A stretch of DNA of 64,000 nucleotides from Isurus oxyrinchus (Eukaryota): assembly GCA_026770705.1 (NCBI GenBank), contig JANJGN010000007.1, forward strand, positions 143,530,001 through 143,594,000, given 5' to 3'. The notes under the pieces were generated by a model, which saw only the letters and a program-made list of their open reading frames with translations, ran no database searches and was not told the DNA's origin. Positions within the stretch are counted from its first letter, which is position 1; each line of letters starts with the position of its first letter. This document shows positions 48,274-60,596 of this stretch, piece after piece. The translations under genes and the position numbers were made by a program.

Positions 48274-51049
48274 CTACTGTTTCTCCAGCTCTATAACATA
48301 CAGAAGGTGGTCCTCTGGTGATTTGCCGTGAGTTTTACTGAGATGCAGTTTAACTGCATGTTTACTGGCAAAAGTCCGATTACAAAGTTTGCACTGGAAC
48401 GTTGTCCCAGCCTCATCGTCTTGAGATGGCAACACCGATTTTTCAGAGGGCAGTTTTGCATGTGTTATCTGGCTGCTTATCTGTTCACTAGAAAGTTTTG
48501 ATAAGTCTCGTAACCTGAAGCCTAAATGTGATTCTAAGTGACTGATGTAGGTTGAAGGAGTTCTGATTTGTGATGCACAATCATTACAAAAAAACACTGG
48601 ATGGCCAGAGTCCAGGTTTTTAAGAAATTTTGTTCCACCTGTCCTTCGAAGCTGGTACTTGACATTGGCTAACCAGTGGCTGATTGTTGTCATGGAGAGC
48701 CCTGTAAACCTTGAGATGTGCATTCTCTCCTGTGGGCTGAGGTCCGACATAATGAATTTCCCATCTGTGGTTTGTCGCAGGCTGGCTGCAAACTGGGCCT
48801 GCAGTATGAGCAAATGCTGTGGATTCCAGTTTGACTGCCGGCCTTTACGTTTTTGAGCTGGGGAAATCTCCTCTGGCTCCTCCATAGTGCTACCATCCAC
48901 CTCAGATTTGTCTGAAATGCTTGTAGGTGTAGAAGATTTTGATGTGTGACTTCCTGTCAGGTTTTTCAGCATATCAGATATATCTGACAAGGCATTCTCG
49001 CGTAGCGGCGAGTTTGACATGAATGACACGACTGCAGATGTCTTTGCTGTTGTCACAGTGGATGAAGAAGATGTTGACGACGGGGATATGGATGACAAAA
49101 GCACTGAACCCAAAGAACCACTTTTGTCACTCTTGGCTTTCGTCAAATCAATGGGCTGGTCACTGCTGACATGATAGAAATAACGGTCTATGGGCTCTGT
49201 TTTTTTGGCCTGCAAAATTGGTGTGGCCACAGCAGCCTTTTCTGCCAAGCTGTTACTCATTTTGTAAAGCATGCTCATAGGGTCCAGGGTAGGCAGTGCA
49301 GGTTTAGCTGCTTTTCCTAAGTGAACATTCATAATGGACTGCAATGCACTTAATGGGTTTACAAAAGGTTGTTCGGGAGGGTGGTCCGTAATAATAGCCG
49401 TGCTAGTGCACATACTATTTGTAGTGAGTTTTAAGGCCTCTGTACCATTCTCCAAATGATCCTTTGCTGGACTTTCTTTCGTGGTGTCTTTCTGGTTACT
49501 GGAAATATTTTCGTGGCTTTTAGCACTGGGATCTTTTGAAGCTTCACTTTTTTGTTGTTCTCCTGCTTCACTGCCGCATGGAGAAGGTGTTTCGTGCTTC
49601 AGTCGGGACAATTTATTTTCTGACTCTTTAGTCTTTTCTTCAGATTTGGTTACCTTCTCTGTGACTTTCTTCACTAGCTCTTCCATAGCATGGAAATTGT
49701 TTTTGGGTACAGGAGAATTCTGGCTACTAGGTGGTGAAACTAGTGGCTGGCTCTTTGGAGATGCCATAATATCAATGTTGCTTTGTGCTGACTTTAATTG
49801 TGTAGTCTTCCCTGATGAACCAAATGGTAACTTCATTATACTAGGAAGCTGGTAGGCTGCATGAATGCTAGGATAGCCACTCCAACTTGGAGTCCCATTC
49901 TGAGCTTTGTTAATAGCAGAGGTCACTGTGTTTTCTAAAGATTTAAGGATGTCTAGGCCTCCTTTAGGATTTTCTTCCAGATCTTCTTCTGTCAGGTACT
50001 GATACTTTGAGGAAATGTCATATTTTTCATCATCATCGCAGTTTTTCTCTTTTTCTTTGACTTTATCCTGATCGCTTTCAGTGTCTCTTTCAACTTCCCT
50101 TTTTACTTCAAGATTTAATTTTGGTGAGACACTGGCTGGGGTACTTAATGACGATGTGAAAGCACTTGCAGCTAGGGGAACGGACTGGACTTTATCTTCT
50201 AAGATGGCTGTCACCGGTGTTGGTGTTGGTGTCTGTGGTGCCTCTACAATCTGTTTCCCTTTCTTAATCGCAGAATTGGTCACTTTAACAAAATGTCCGG
50301 TTACCATCATATGTGCAGTGAGTTCCTGTAACGTATCATGAGAACTCCCACACTCCATACACTTGAGGATTTGAGACTTTCTCGCCTCAAACTGCCAGGC
50401 ATAGCTGGCACCATTCTGGTGCCCATAGCGGTTATTTGGTGTAACATAAGGGTTTGAGGACTTCTGTAGTGCATCACTTGTGTCAGAAAGAGATGTTTTC
50501 GGTGTACCACCTGTGGAATCTGGAGAACTTGGCAGCTCAAGCTCAAGCAGAGCCCTTTTTCTGGTGGAAGGGAGGACCTTTGTGGAGATTGGTGCCACAG
50601 GTTCCTTCAGAGGCACTTTCTGATAGTGTTTTGTTTTGATCATGTGGACACTTAAGTCTTGAAGGGACTCAAATGAATGGCCACAGTACATACACTTTAG
50701 CACCTTTTGAGCATCCTCCTTTCCCTCCATCTCCAGTAAAGAGCGTTTACGAGGCTTGGACCATTTTTTAGGATTGTTATTGTCAGTTTCATTATTTTCA
50801 TCTCTATAATGTCCAGTTTCATTCATGTGCACAGTCAGCTCCACCAAGGAGTCATAAGCAGCACTGCAGTCTTTACAGCGGAATTTGCTAGCCCCAGTAA
50901 ATATGGAACCATAGAGCTTGCTGCTTTGCCTGTACAACTGTACTGTGCTGAAGAGACTTGGTTCCTGAATCATCTTGGTCTGAGAGACTTGCTGCAATGT
51001 CTTTGACATGGCAGACTGATGCCAGTCAAAGCTCCCACTTCCACAACTG

Positions 51050-51080
<31 letters not shown>

Positions 51081-51485
51081 CGCCACCATTTGCTGCTGGC
51101 CCACTTGGCTGGTTCAGGCCCAAACTCAGAGATGACCAGTAGGAATTTGATAGGATATTGTTGTATATTGCTTTCATTTGTTCCAAACTGTCCTGTACTC
51201 CCTCCTCGGGAAGACCACTACCCTCCTTGCTTTCATCTTCGTTCTTTATAGAGTTGCTCTCAAAGTCAGCCAGTCGATCACTGGTTTCACTAACGTGAGA
51301 TGTGCTGTCCATCTCCTGGCCGGAAAACTCGGCAGCTGGAGAGTCCTGGTAGCTAGGCGATTCCTTACTAAATTCCTGCTCATTGCACACATACTTTGAG
51401 GATGATTCTCCATCAGCTCCAGACTCATTTGCTTCAGCATCTTCATCCCCTAATACTGCTGCCTTCAATTCATCTGAAACGTAGG
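48274..51485 (-). CDS. TSHZ3: Teashirt zinc finger homeobox 3, large terminal coding exon (exon 2); N-terminal exon not found in this window
   Basis: Uninterrupted ~1070-codon frame starting (A)YVSDELKAA. Three N-terminal C2H2 fingers (FRCKDC.., LKCMYC.., LKCMEC..), a PIDLT CtBP motif (49155-49141), an atypical homeodomain (RKGRQSNWNPQHLLILQAQF..WLANVKYQLRRT), two C-terminal fingers, and the ending ELEKQ*. The poly-Ser-CGSGSFDWHQS and QSSKLYGSIFTGASKF segments match TSHZ3 rather than TSHZ1/2 as I recall them. Confidence 0.96.
51046..51078 (-). repeat. Coding (AGC)n repeat encoding poly-Ser(11)
   Basis: Codons (AGC)8-AGT-AGC-AGT. On the plus strand, (CTG)9 at 51053-51079. Confidence 0.95.
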
Positions 51486-51520
51486 CTGCATTTAAAAAAA
51501 GGGAGAAGGAGAGAACAGTT
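51486..51520 (-). promoter_or_regulatory. Splice acceptor and polypyrimidine tract of TSHZ3 exon 2
   Basis: Sense strand has a pyrimidine tract followed by aaatgcAG|CCTACGTT (AG at 51487-51486). Phase 1, consistent with the two-coding-exon TSHZ architecture. Confidence 0.92.
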
Positions 51521-51635
51521 TTAAGGTAATTGCTGCTAGTATGGATTGAAATTAAATATGGCAAAACATCATAACTGGTAACATCTGCTGCAAAGTTGGA
51601 TAGTTAAAATATAGTGTTTCTTGGTTGCATAAAAT

Positions 51636-51815
51636 NNNNNNNNNNNNNNNNNNNNNNNNNNNNNNNNNNNNNNNNNNNNNNNNNNNNNNNNNNNNNNNNN
51701 NNNNNNNNNNNNNNNNNNNNNNNNNNNNNNNNNNNNNNNNNNNNNNNNNNNNNNNNNNNNNNNNNNNNNNNNNNNNNNNNNNNNNNNNNNNNNNNNNNNN
51801 NNNNNNNNNNNNNNN
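51636..51815. other. Assembly gap (180 N)
   Basis: Run of n bases. Confidence 1.
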
Positions 51816-53292
51816 TCTTCTACCTCTAACGCAATTCCAAGCAGAGACAGTCGTAATTTAAATTATACAACCATTATAAATTTCTGAGTTTTAGTATTTA
51901 GTAAATTGAATATTTATTTTAAATGCTACCTTTAAAAACAGCTCAAAATATACAGATTGATTATCTAAATTTGGGCTCCAAATTTCAAAACCTTATGATG
52001 ATTTAGAGGGCTACATCCAGATTTGCCCTTCCATACTTCAAAAATTCTGCTATGGAAGAACAGATGGTTGAAAAATTCTGTACTGACTAATCACAGCTAC
52101 ATCCAGGTTTATGGAAGAATGTTACTTTCGACCCACTGACATTTAAGTGTGCATCATTTTAATCAGACTTTCACTCTGTCAAAACAGTGAAATGCATGCA
52201 TGCCTGCAGATGTCAGAAATGGGTTTAGAAAAAAAGCTTTTGGAAAATATGACAATAACAAGATTGCCAAGTTTTGGTATAAGATTTGATGTTTTCATGC
52301 TGCAGTAATTTTCTTTGAATAAATTTATAAAATGCTACTGAAAACCCATGAGAGTACTGAGATATATGAAAATGTATGTTGTTTATATTACATAGTTTTC
52401 ACACTCCCGTTTAGATTTTTCACCATTAGTGGTGTTAAAAAAAATGTATCAGCACTGAATGTAAAATTTACAGTTAAAGATCATCCTCATTGCATAATTA
52501 GTTCAATAAAGCTGCACTCAACTCGAAGGAATTAAATAAATCCCTGCATTTTTCAAGCAAAATAGTGAGGTGGGGTGGGGGGAGGGGGTGGGTGGGGAAG
52601 GAAGGGTTTTGATTTGAACAGTTGTTTGGAAGAGCCTGTATGTGCCAACAAAATGATGTCATCATCCAATTTAAACTAGCAGAAACAGCATGTGAGAAAA
52701 CAGCGATTAATCACTGCAAATACTAGCATCATGCGTGAGCCAAGCAAAGAATCAGACACCTCCCCCAGAAATTGGAACAGTAACATTATTTTGCTGTTCT
52801 GCAATAATTTTTTCATAATGTTCCAACAGACCAGACCTACAGTAATCATTTGGGGCATTGTTGAGAAAACTGTTTTCATGCATCATCAATGACCAATCCA
52901 TAGAGCTGTACAAAAAAATTAGGCTATCGTAAGATTCAAAAGCTAAAGACCAGTTTCCCACATGATTACTGTTTACAACTGGGAGAAGAAATGATGATGA
53001 AAAAGTAGATGCAGATGTCTTTCATACTCTTGTCTGACCCAGAACAGGAACTGCAATGTGCAAAACGCATCAACGAGACAGTACAGCAAAAAAAAACCTC
53101 AGAAGGCGCCCAGATCAGAAAACATATTTGAAAAAGTTAAGCAGAAATAAGTTTATAAATAATACTAAATTTAATATTAAGAATAATTGAACTATTTAAA
53201 CTGGCACTGAATTATTCATTCTTCTGCTGCCTAGACCATGGACGTGCTATCTGTGAACTACCCAGGGCAGTAACATTCTAACTTTCCAATTG

Positions 53293-53640
53293 GAGATTCC
53301 CTGTATTGACACACTCCTGGGACCTACTGCAAATACTGACGGTGATAGGACCACTGAAAATATTGGACACGTTTCTAGGGCGTCATGCAAATACTGATAC
53401 ACTCAGGAGGCCCCCTGAAAATGTTAATACCTCTGAAAATATTGCCACACTTTTGTGACCCCCTTCAAATATTGACAAACCCCAGGAGAATCCCTGCGTG
53501 TACTGGCAAACTCCCTTACAAATACTGTACATACAAAAGCCTCTGTAAATACTGACACACTCCTATGGCCTGCTGAAAATAGTCATTTCCTTGTGAAAAT
53601 GTCATATTTCCAGAGATCTTGTGCAAGTACTATCAGTGAA
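53293..53640. repeat. Degenerate minisatellite, ~30-bp unit, about 11-13 copies
   Basis: Recurring core CTG(T/C/A)AAATA(C/T)TGACACACTCC at ~53299, 53325, 53353, 53384, 53413, 53431, 53461, 53492, 53514, 53541 and 53571. Confidence 0.8.
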
Positions 53641-54419
53641 ACCCTCCCACCCTCACTTCTAGCAAATCGTATTAGCAAAGTGCCACAATCCAAGCAAAAA
53701 ATGTTTATTAGCATATACAAGAGACACAGTAAAATGGAAGCAACAAAGGCAGAAACATATATAATGCAGAATTCTTGACATACTGTACTCTAGTTATGTA
53801 CTGTGTCCCAGGCAAAGAAAAATCTGATGACTTTTGGATCTCCTGGAGTCTGCAGAGCTTAGTTTGAAAACATATGATTTGATGCTGAATGATGTGCTTT
53901 GAGTTATATTGATATCCAAGAATTTGCTGGATTATGTTGGCGATCAGGAAGGGATTTCACAAAATCCTATATTTTTGAAAATTTCCTGTAGGTTATTCAT
54001 TTCCACTAAGGAGATTCAATGTGTGTGGTGAAGCTCATCCACCTGTTGTGATCTGCTCTATGGCAGGTTCTAGCTCAAGCCTCACATAAGATTCTTGAGG
54101 CACTAGGGAAAAGTAGCTGAGGTGTGTTCCAGTTTCCTTCCTCACTGTTTTAATTTATGCAGTAGTTTCTTCTAGGTGGGCTGCAATCAAGGCTGAAAAA
54201 CTCCACCGTTTGCTTATGATGGGGGTTAAGGGGGTCACCCGGCCTCATCAGATTCAAGTAGCTCTTCTATATGACAATTCAGGATTCAGGCCCTTTGGTC
54301 TCCACTCACTTGGACAATCAAGATTGGGACCCAAACCTTCTGACACAAAGCGACTGGTCCAGACAGATACAAGTACCCACTGGATATTAACCAGTTTAGC
54401 GACCATATTCTAGTCTCCA

Positions 54420-54492
54420 CTTGCTGGGGTGATCTGGAATGGGCCTCAAACTCTGCACTAATTCAGAGGCAGAAATGCTACCATTAAGCCAA
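54420..54492 (-). mobile_element. tRNA-like SINE head fragment
   Basis: Minus strand tggcttaatggtagcatttctgcctctgaatta..gagtttgaggcccattccaga resembles the head of 35822-35885. Confidence 0.5.
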
Positions 54493-57194
54493 AGGTTCAC
54501 TCTGGGGTTCAGTCTATGGTTGGGCAAATTGGACATTGTTTATATTCCAATAGACCAAATTTCCTAATTATTCCCACCTTCTTACATTCTTACAGCAAAT
54601 ACTCTACTGTTATACTAAAGTAGGAATTATGACTACAAAAATGATTGCATATCAGGACTTGTTGACAGACAAGTCACTTCATTTGCTATTTTTTAAATTT
54701 ATATTTTCTTCTTCTTTTCCTCTAAAGATGATCCTCACCATAAAGCCTCCTTCAGCCAGGACAGGATGATCAAGGCTGTGCACTTAATGGCAATCAATGT
54801 TTTCACCTGAGTAGAACAGGAGAGGGTGCCTGTCATCAGGAGGCACAATTCAAACTGAGTGAACTGGTTCATGCCACGTTTATACATCAGCACCCCCAAC
54901 CCAGAAAAATGAAATGTCTTTACATCATCCAACATGGAGGATACCAAAAGGGCCAATGAAGGCCAGCAAATTCAAATATCTCAGAGCTCACAAGTTCAAC
55001 TTTACATCCTTAAGGTTGGGAGTGAAGTTCTCCTATTGTCAAAATACCTGCTCCATCCAACTGCTTATGTTGCAAAGACACAATTTTTCAATTCTTCATG
55101 TCTGGGAACAAATCCTTTCAAAAGAGAAGGGATGAAGAGTTCTTCTCCCTGACAGCTATGAAGGATCCTGCTTTCCATCCACAGCAAAGTAGATAAAGTT
55201 CTAAATAACAAAGGCCATAAAAGCAGACTGTGTGGGACCAGGAAATTGAGATGCTTTATTGGCATTTTAGAGCAGGTGTTCTATCCTAAAGTCAGGATTA
55301 TGTTTATTTTTAGAAATAGTTTTAAAATTTTGACACTAATTAATCAGAGTACCCAAAGAGCTTGTACGTCACAACACTGGAGGCAAGCTTATGTTGAATA
55401 TGATGTTCCTCCGTAGCATGCATCAGGTGTGGAGCATTGTATTGTGTTGCAACAGAAAATGTTAACATGGCCACCTTCATCTATCCTCATTTTTTTTTTA
55501 AAAAAGCACTGTATGACCACAACTATCCAAGAAATTGTATATTTGCCATTTTAGTTTATTAAAATTATACAATGCCCAAGGGGAGGATGTCCCATAACCC
55601 CTTGCTGGGCTTTGGCCCTAAACTTTTCATAACAGATGAATTTTGAAGGCTGGGTGAATACATCAATTTTATTGCCTAATAAATTACTGCACACTTCAAA
55701 TTTCGCTGCCATTTGTCGTCTTCTTTAGAATTATGAATGAAACATATGTAATTAATAATTGCACCATCACAGGGGGTTTGTAAAAGCTTTATGAATTCTG
55801 ATTTTCCAAAAGATAAGCGGTGATATATTACTTTTTGTGCTACACTTGTGATAATGCAGAGCGTTCAGTATGAGGCCAAAGTAGTCAAGTGGCTCTGAGC
55901 AGGCACTACTGCAAAACCTCTCAGGATTTTTGGAAAAAATATCTGAAAGTAAACAGCCTGAAAATACAGACTTCAGTTCCCAGAAAGCTACATATAAAAG
56001 CTTACTAACTGTAGGACATGTAGCCAACAAGACAATAAACAACACAGACATAAATATATTGTAGGCTTTGGTAGATGCTTTAGTTGTGGTGAGGGCCTTT
56101 TAATGCAGAGCAATCTGGCAAACACTAAAGACATGACTGTGGCCTTGTAATGGATTTCAGCAGAACCCAGACATGGTGTCACTTATACACAAAATGTAAC
56201 CCTTTGATTATTGAGTGACCGCTTCCCTGTTCAAATAACTGTAAATTTATTTGCCTTATCATGCAAAACATGGAAGAAATAATCTCCATATATTTTTATG
56301 CTGGAAAATAAACTACGAAATGTAAGGAATAACTGAATTTTTCAGAAATTCCGATGGTACCTTAAAAGAAAATTAACCTTTATTTTCAATAAATTGTGCA
56401 ACAAATGCTATTGAGCTCTTTAATAGGTTAAACACTTCTTTAGAAATATTCACAACCCTTGTGAAAAATAAATCTTCCTATCCTTGGAATGCTCCTTTCC
56501 CATTGTGGCAGTAAGTTGTTTCTTTTCTGAAAATCATATGTTAATCTCCTTGGAACATTATTCACAAAGTCCTCCCCTTCTACAGTATAGCGAATACCCA
56601 GACTTAGTAGGAGCAAGGTTTAGTTGTTTGGTATATATCAGCATGAAGTAATTCACTGACTTCAAGGAACAAAACAGAGTGACTCGACTTCCACTAATGG
56701 TTTAAATCATTTTGTTGAATCAAGCATGGAATCAAATATTTTACTCAGTAGAATTCTGCTTTTCACGATTGACAAACTAATCACTAGGTTGCTAGGATAC
56801 AGAAATTCTGAATACCATTGTCATGGTTAAAAATTAGTATGATTATTGAGTTAGCATATTTTTACATAACCCATAACATTTTCTTCCTAACTGTGGAAAA
56901 TAAAACTACAGACCATATCTAATGATAGAAACTACAGCCTAATTTGTTTTTCTGTTTCCTTCTAGAAACTAACTTTCATAAAATAAACTGAATGATGTTA
57001 CCGACATGCCTTAAAGGCTTTAACTCATAACTCACAGGGTTTTGATAATGAAACAGAATTGTCACTAAAGACCTCATGGTGGAGGAATTTCTGTCCCTTT
57101 CCTAGTGCTGTCTAGTGAAAGAAGGAAGAGAATGGCTGCCATTCCAGCTATAAGTTCATTTTAGTTAACATTGTGGTTTCAAGCTATAGCATCA

Positions 57195-57400
57195 CAATTT
57201 TGTCCTGAGGTTGACTGAGGTTGTGACAAGCCTGCACAATTTAAACCTGGTGGGGTAAAAAGTGATTTGAGCTTGACGCATCTGACTATAGTGGTTAAAC
57301 TATTAAGCGCAAGTCTATGCCTGTGCCTCACCTTTTCATGCCAGGTTTAAATTAGGTAAGTCTTCCACCACCTCAGTCCAGTCCAGTTGAAGACAAGTTG
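57195..57400. repeat. Long imperfect palindrome (palindromic MITE-like relic)
   Basis: GACTGAGGTTGTG (57213) pairs with CACCACCTCAGTC (ends 57378). AATTTAAACCTGG (57238-57250) is the exact reverse complement of 57341-57353. Confidence 0.8.
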
Positions 57401-57689
57401 AAGCGTCTGCTTACTTGCTTTAATAGCACCTGACGTCAAATAAAAATTCCCAAATTATTTTGCAAAGTCCAATGATATAATGAAATAGACTCTACTTAAT
57501 ATGTAACTACCTCTATAATGCGATCAAAAGCTGCATAAAATCTTTCTTGTCTACTCATGGTATAATTATTATTGGTGATCAAATTGGCCTGGCACAAAAT
57601 TCCAATTTAACATGAATCCGATGGAGCCTGATTTCACATCAATTCTTGGTGCCTTACATTCTTATTAAGATCAACTTTTAGCTCCAGCG

Positions 57690-58080
57690 CTTTTCTGAAT
57701 TTTGTCTGGCAATTTTCACTCCAGTCCCATTCTGGATTGCACTGACTTATTGTTGGGATATAATTCCACAGTTGCTGTGGGTACCCTCCAGTACCTTGTC
57801 AAAGTGGCAACCTTTCATGCACGGACCTTGCAGAAAGTTTTGGCAGGCTCTTGGACTGCAGGGAGTGTGATTCTACTACCCTCACCCGAGGCCAACATGC
57901 AGACAGTTTTCCACCACAGATGTCTGGATAGCGAGAGTGCGAACCCAAACCTTGGTTTCACTCTTACTGGTTAGTGCACTGGAGCTAATTCTTCCATACT
58001 GAATGCTGAGATCACCTAACTCAGCACAGACTGGAAATCAAACCTGGGATCGTCATAATCTGCCAGGCTTAGCTAATTCA
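57690..58080 (-). mobile_element. Old tRNA-derived SINE
   Basis: Minus strand gatcccaGGTTTGATTTCCagtctgtgctgagttaggtgatctcagc has a B-box-like motif followed by a SINE-like body. Confidence 0.45.
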
Positions 58081-60596
58081 TTGAACATGTGTTGTAGTTC
58101 CTACTGTTGAGTGAAATTTATTTATTTTCCGATTATCCTTTGGTGATCTTATTGGTGGTCCACTTCATAACCAATAAAAAAATAGAGACTTCACAATGCC
58201 TACAGTTCAAATTACACACTCTGTTCTGTTCTAGAGAGCTCTTGGCTGCTAAATATTTTCAACCTTCTTTCAAAGTACAGGAAAGAGAAATAGACTTTAT
58301 CTGCTACTGAAATGATTTATTTTAAAGCAGCATGACTTAGAGCACAGGTTACTGTGTTTCTAGCTAAAGGAGTACATGCAGGAACAAAATGTCATAATTG
58401 CATCGTCACAGATTATTTTGGGGGTTTACAAATGCATTTTTAGAATATTTTAAGCTGACAAAATGCAAAGCACAATTTAGAAGTACATTCTGCCGCATAC
58501 AAAGGATGTGCTGCTTTTCCACTTAAGTTGAAATGGACCCAATTCAAGTAAATTTGAATAATTCCCCCTTAAAAGCAAACTTTTAAAGTCACTGTGAATC
58601 TTTATTTTCTTGTCAGTCTATTTTTGATTTTATGTTCTCGTTCCTTTTTTCCAGTCCCCATCTATCATGTACCAATTACAAGGCAACATGCTTCTAGACC
58701 TCTACCAATACTAGTCCACCTAGCTGGCAGGATGGTCCCTGTGAGGAAGTGCCTAGCTTCTAGTGGCAGATCCCCACAGCAATGTCCTTAAAATTGGCAG
58801 TTCAGCAACACTGTGCACTCTCCACATGCCATCACTCCATGTTGCTACGTGTTGGAGCTCCTGATATTTCAATAGGAATTCTATTTAAAAAGAGCCACAT
58901 CAGTTTTCAGGCAGCCTCAGTTACTGGAACAAACAAGGAGAAATTTTTCTTAAAAAACAATTCATTTTCATTGTTACTGGATACATTCTCATTTGTGTTA
59001 CTACCTTACAGTTTGCACTGGTGATTGAAAAAAAGTTATCAATTTAGTTTTCAGCACTGCCAGTGGCGGCATATCATCTCATCATTCAGTTTTGTTGCAT
59101 ACTTTTAATTACACACTTAGTTACATGACACACACACCAGTCATTTTAGTGGGATGTTATTGCCCTTTAAGCTTTGAGAGCTGCATGGATGGTGAACTGG
59201 TGGTATAAAATTGTTGTTTAGATAAGAATGTTGATCAAATATTGGATGATATTTAGCAGGAGGAACGGAGTTTGTGACATTTTCTGGATGACATCATTAT
59301 AAGATGAAGGAAAGAAAGACTGATGGGCATTTTAAAAACCACCATCTGAACAAAGCATGGCATTTTATATTCTCTATCATGCTGCTCAGCATAAACAATC
59401 CTGTTTCTAATTTTATTTACATTTCTGTAAAAAGTATGGCAATACAAATTAAGAACTTTCATAAGTTCCATAAAGAGAGCATTCAAAGTTTGAATTCATG
59501 CTTCAGAACATTTATTGATTTCCAAATCAATAGTGTCCACAATTTAAACCTACTGACTTAGAATTTAGGGATTGCATATTCTATGTTTCTCCCTTTCTTG
59601 TTTATATTCATTTTAAGAGGTAAACCTATACAACAGATTGACAATCAGAACTACACAGGAAACACCATGAAATTCTGATACCGCAAAATTATTTAGTTTC
59701 AGTCAAATCCATATTCAGGTTTACATTACTGGCAACCAGAGACTGCGACTTATATTCTTCTAATATAATAGATATTTTGCAGCAAACTCCTGTAAAAATT
59801 GCATCTTCAATTTTTATACCATGTAACCAATACTCCAGATTTTACAGTAATTGAAACAGTATACTCTCCCTTAAAATACTTCTGAGAAGTGTAAAAGGGA
59901 TTTGTAATAAGCAGCCTTCTCACTTAACAAGTGCCTATTCTACTTCCTCACTAAACAATGGCAATACCAAGAGTTCTCTTCCTCTTGAAGATGCACTTCA
60001 TTTTTGGCACCATTAATTTACTGCATTACACAGAGAACAACGACACTTACAATACCAACATAAAACATGCATGAAAACTATTAAATATATGTTGTAGTAT
60101 GGTGCCATGTTGTAATTTGTGGCTTTGACTAAAGGTGCCGTTGAGTGGCTGAGAGTATTCAATTCCCTCACCAGTTTCTTGAACAGACTAATATCATTAT
60201 GCAATAGCAGGCAAAGGCTTATACAGAGAACATTGATCCATAAAGCTGCAAGATACTTTGCCAAACAAAAGGATTGTGCAGGAAGTTCAGCATTTTAGGA
60301 TCAATTCGGTCGAGCTTTAGAAGAAAAGTTTCTGGTATTAATTGTCAGATTTGGGACATTCATCCTACTTTCCTGGGTGCCTCTTTATAATTTCCAGGTT
60401 AATATCCTATTTGTAACTCTCTGGATGCAGGTCAAAGCATCGCCAGGGGCCAAGAAATGTCTCATTATTCAAAGAATTAACCTCTTAGATGACATGGTAC
60501 CAACAATGCTAGATTGTTGAGTTTGAATAGAAAATTGAGTCTCACCCTCAAGTGCCATTGACTCAAACTTTTCTTTAAAGCTGTGGCAGAATCTCT

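Noticed and set aside
48659-51446. Antisense and alternative-frame ORFs overlapping TSHZ3 (including the poly-Cys ORF 50958-51251)
   Set aside because: Short shadow ORFs of the real exon. The poly-Cys is just the antisense reading of the AGC repeat.
51486-51564. N-terminal 26 codons (MPYLISIH...) of the 1096-aa ORF as the real TSHZ3 start
   Set aside because: The frame starts at TTG and runs through the polypyrimidine tract and AG acceptor. It is intron sequence that happens to be open.
51614-51861. ORFs containing runs of X
   Set aside because: Artefacts of the 180-N assembly gap.
53293-53640. CRISPR-like array
   Set aside because: Eukaryotic context, degenerate repeats, irregular short linkers that resemble each other, and no cas genes.
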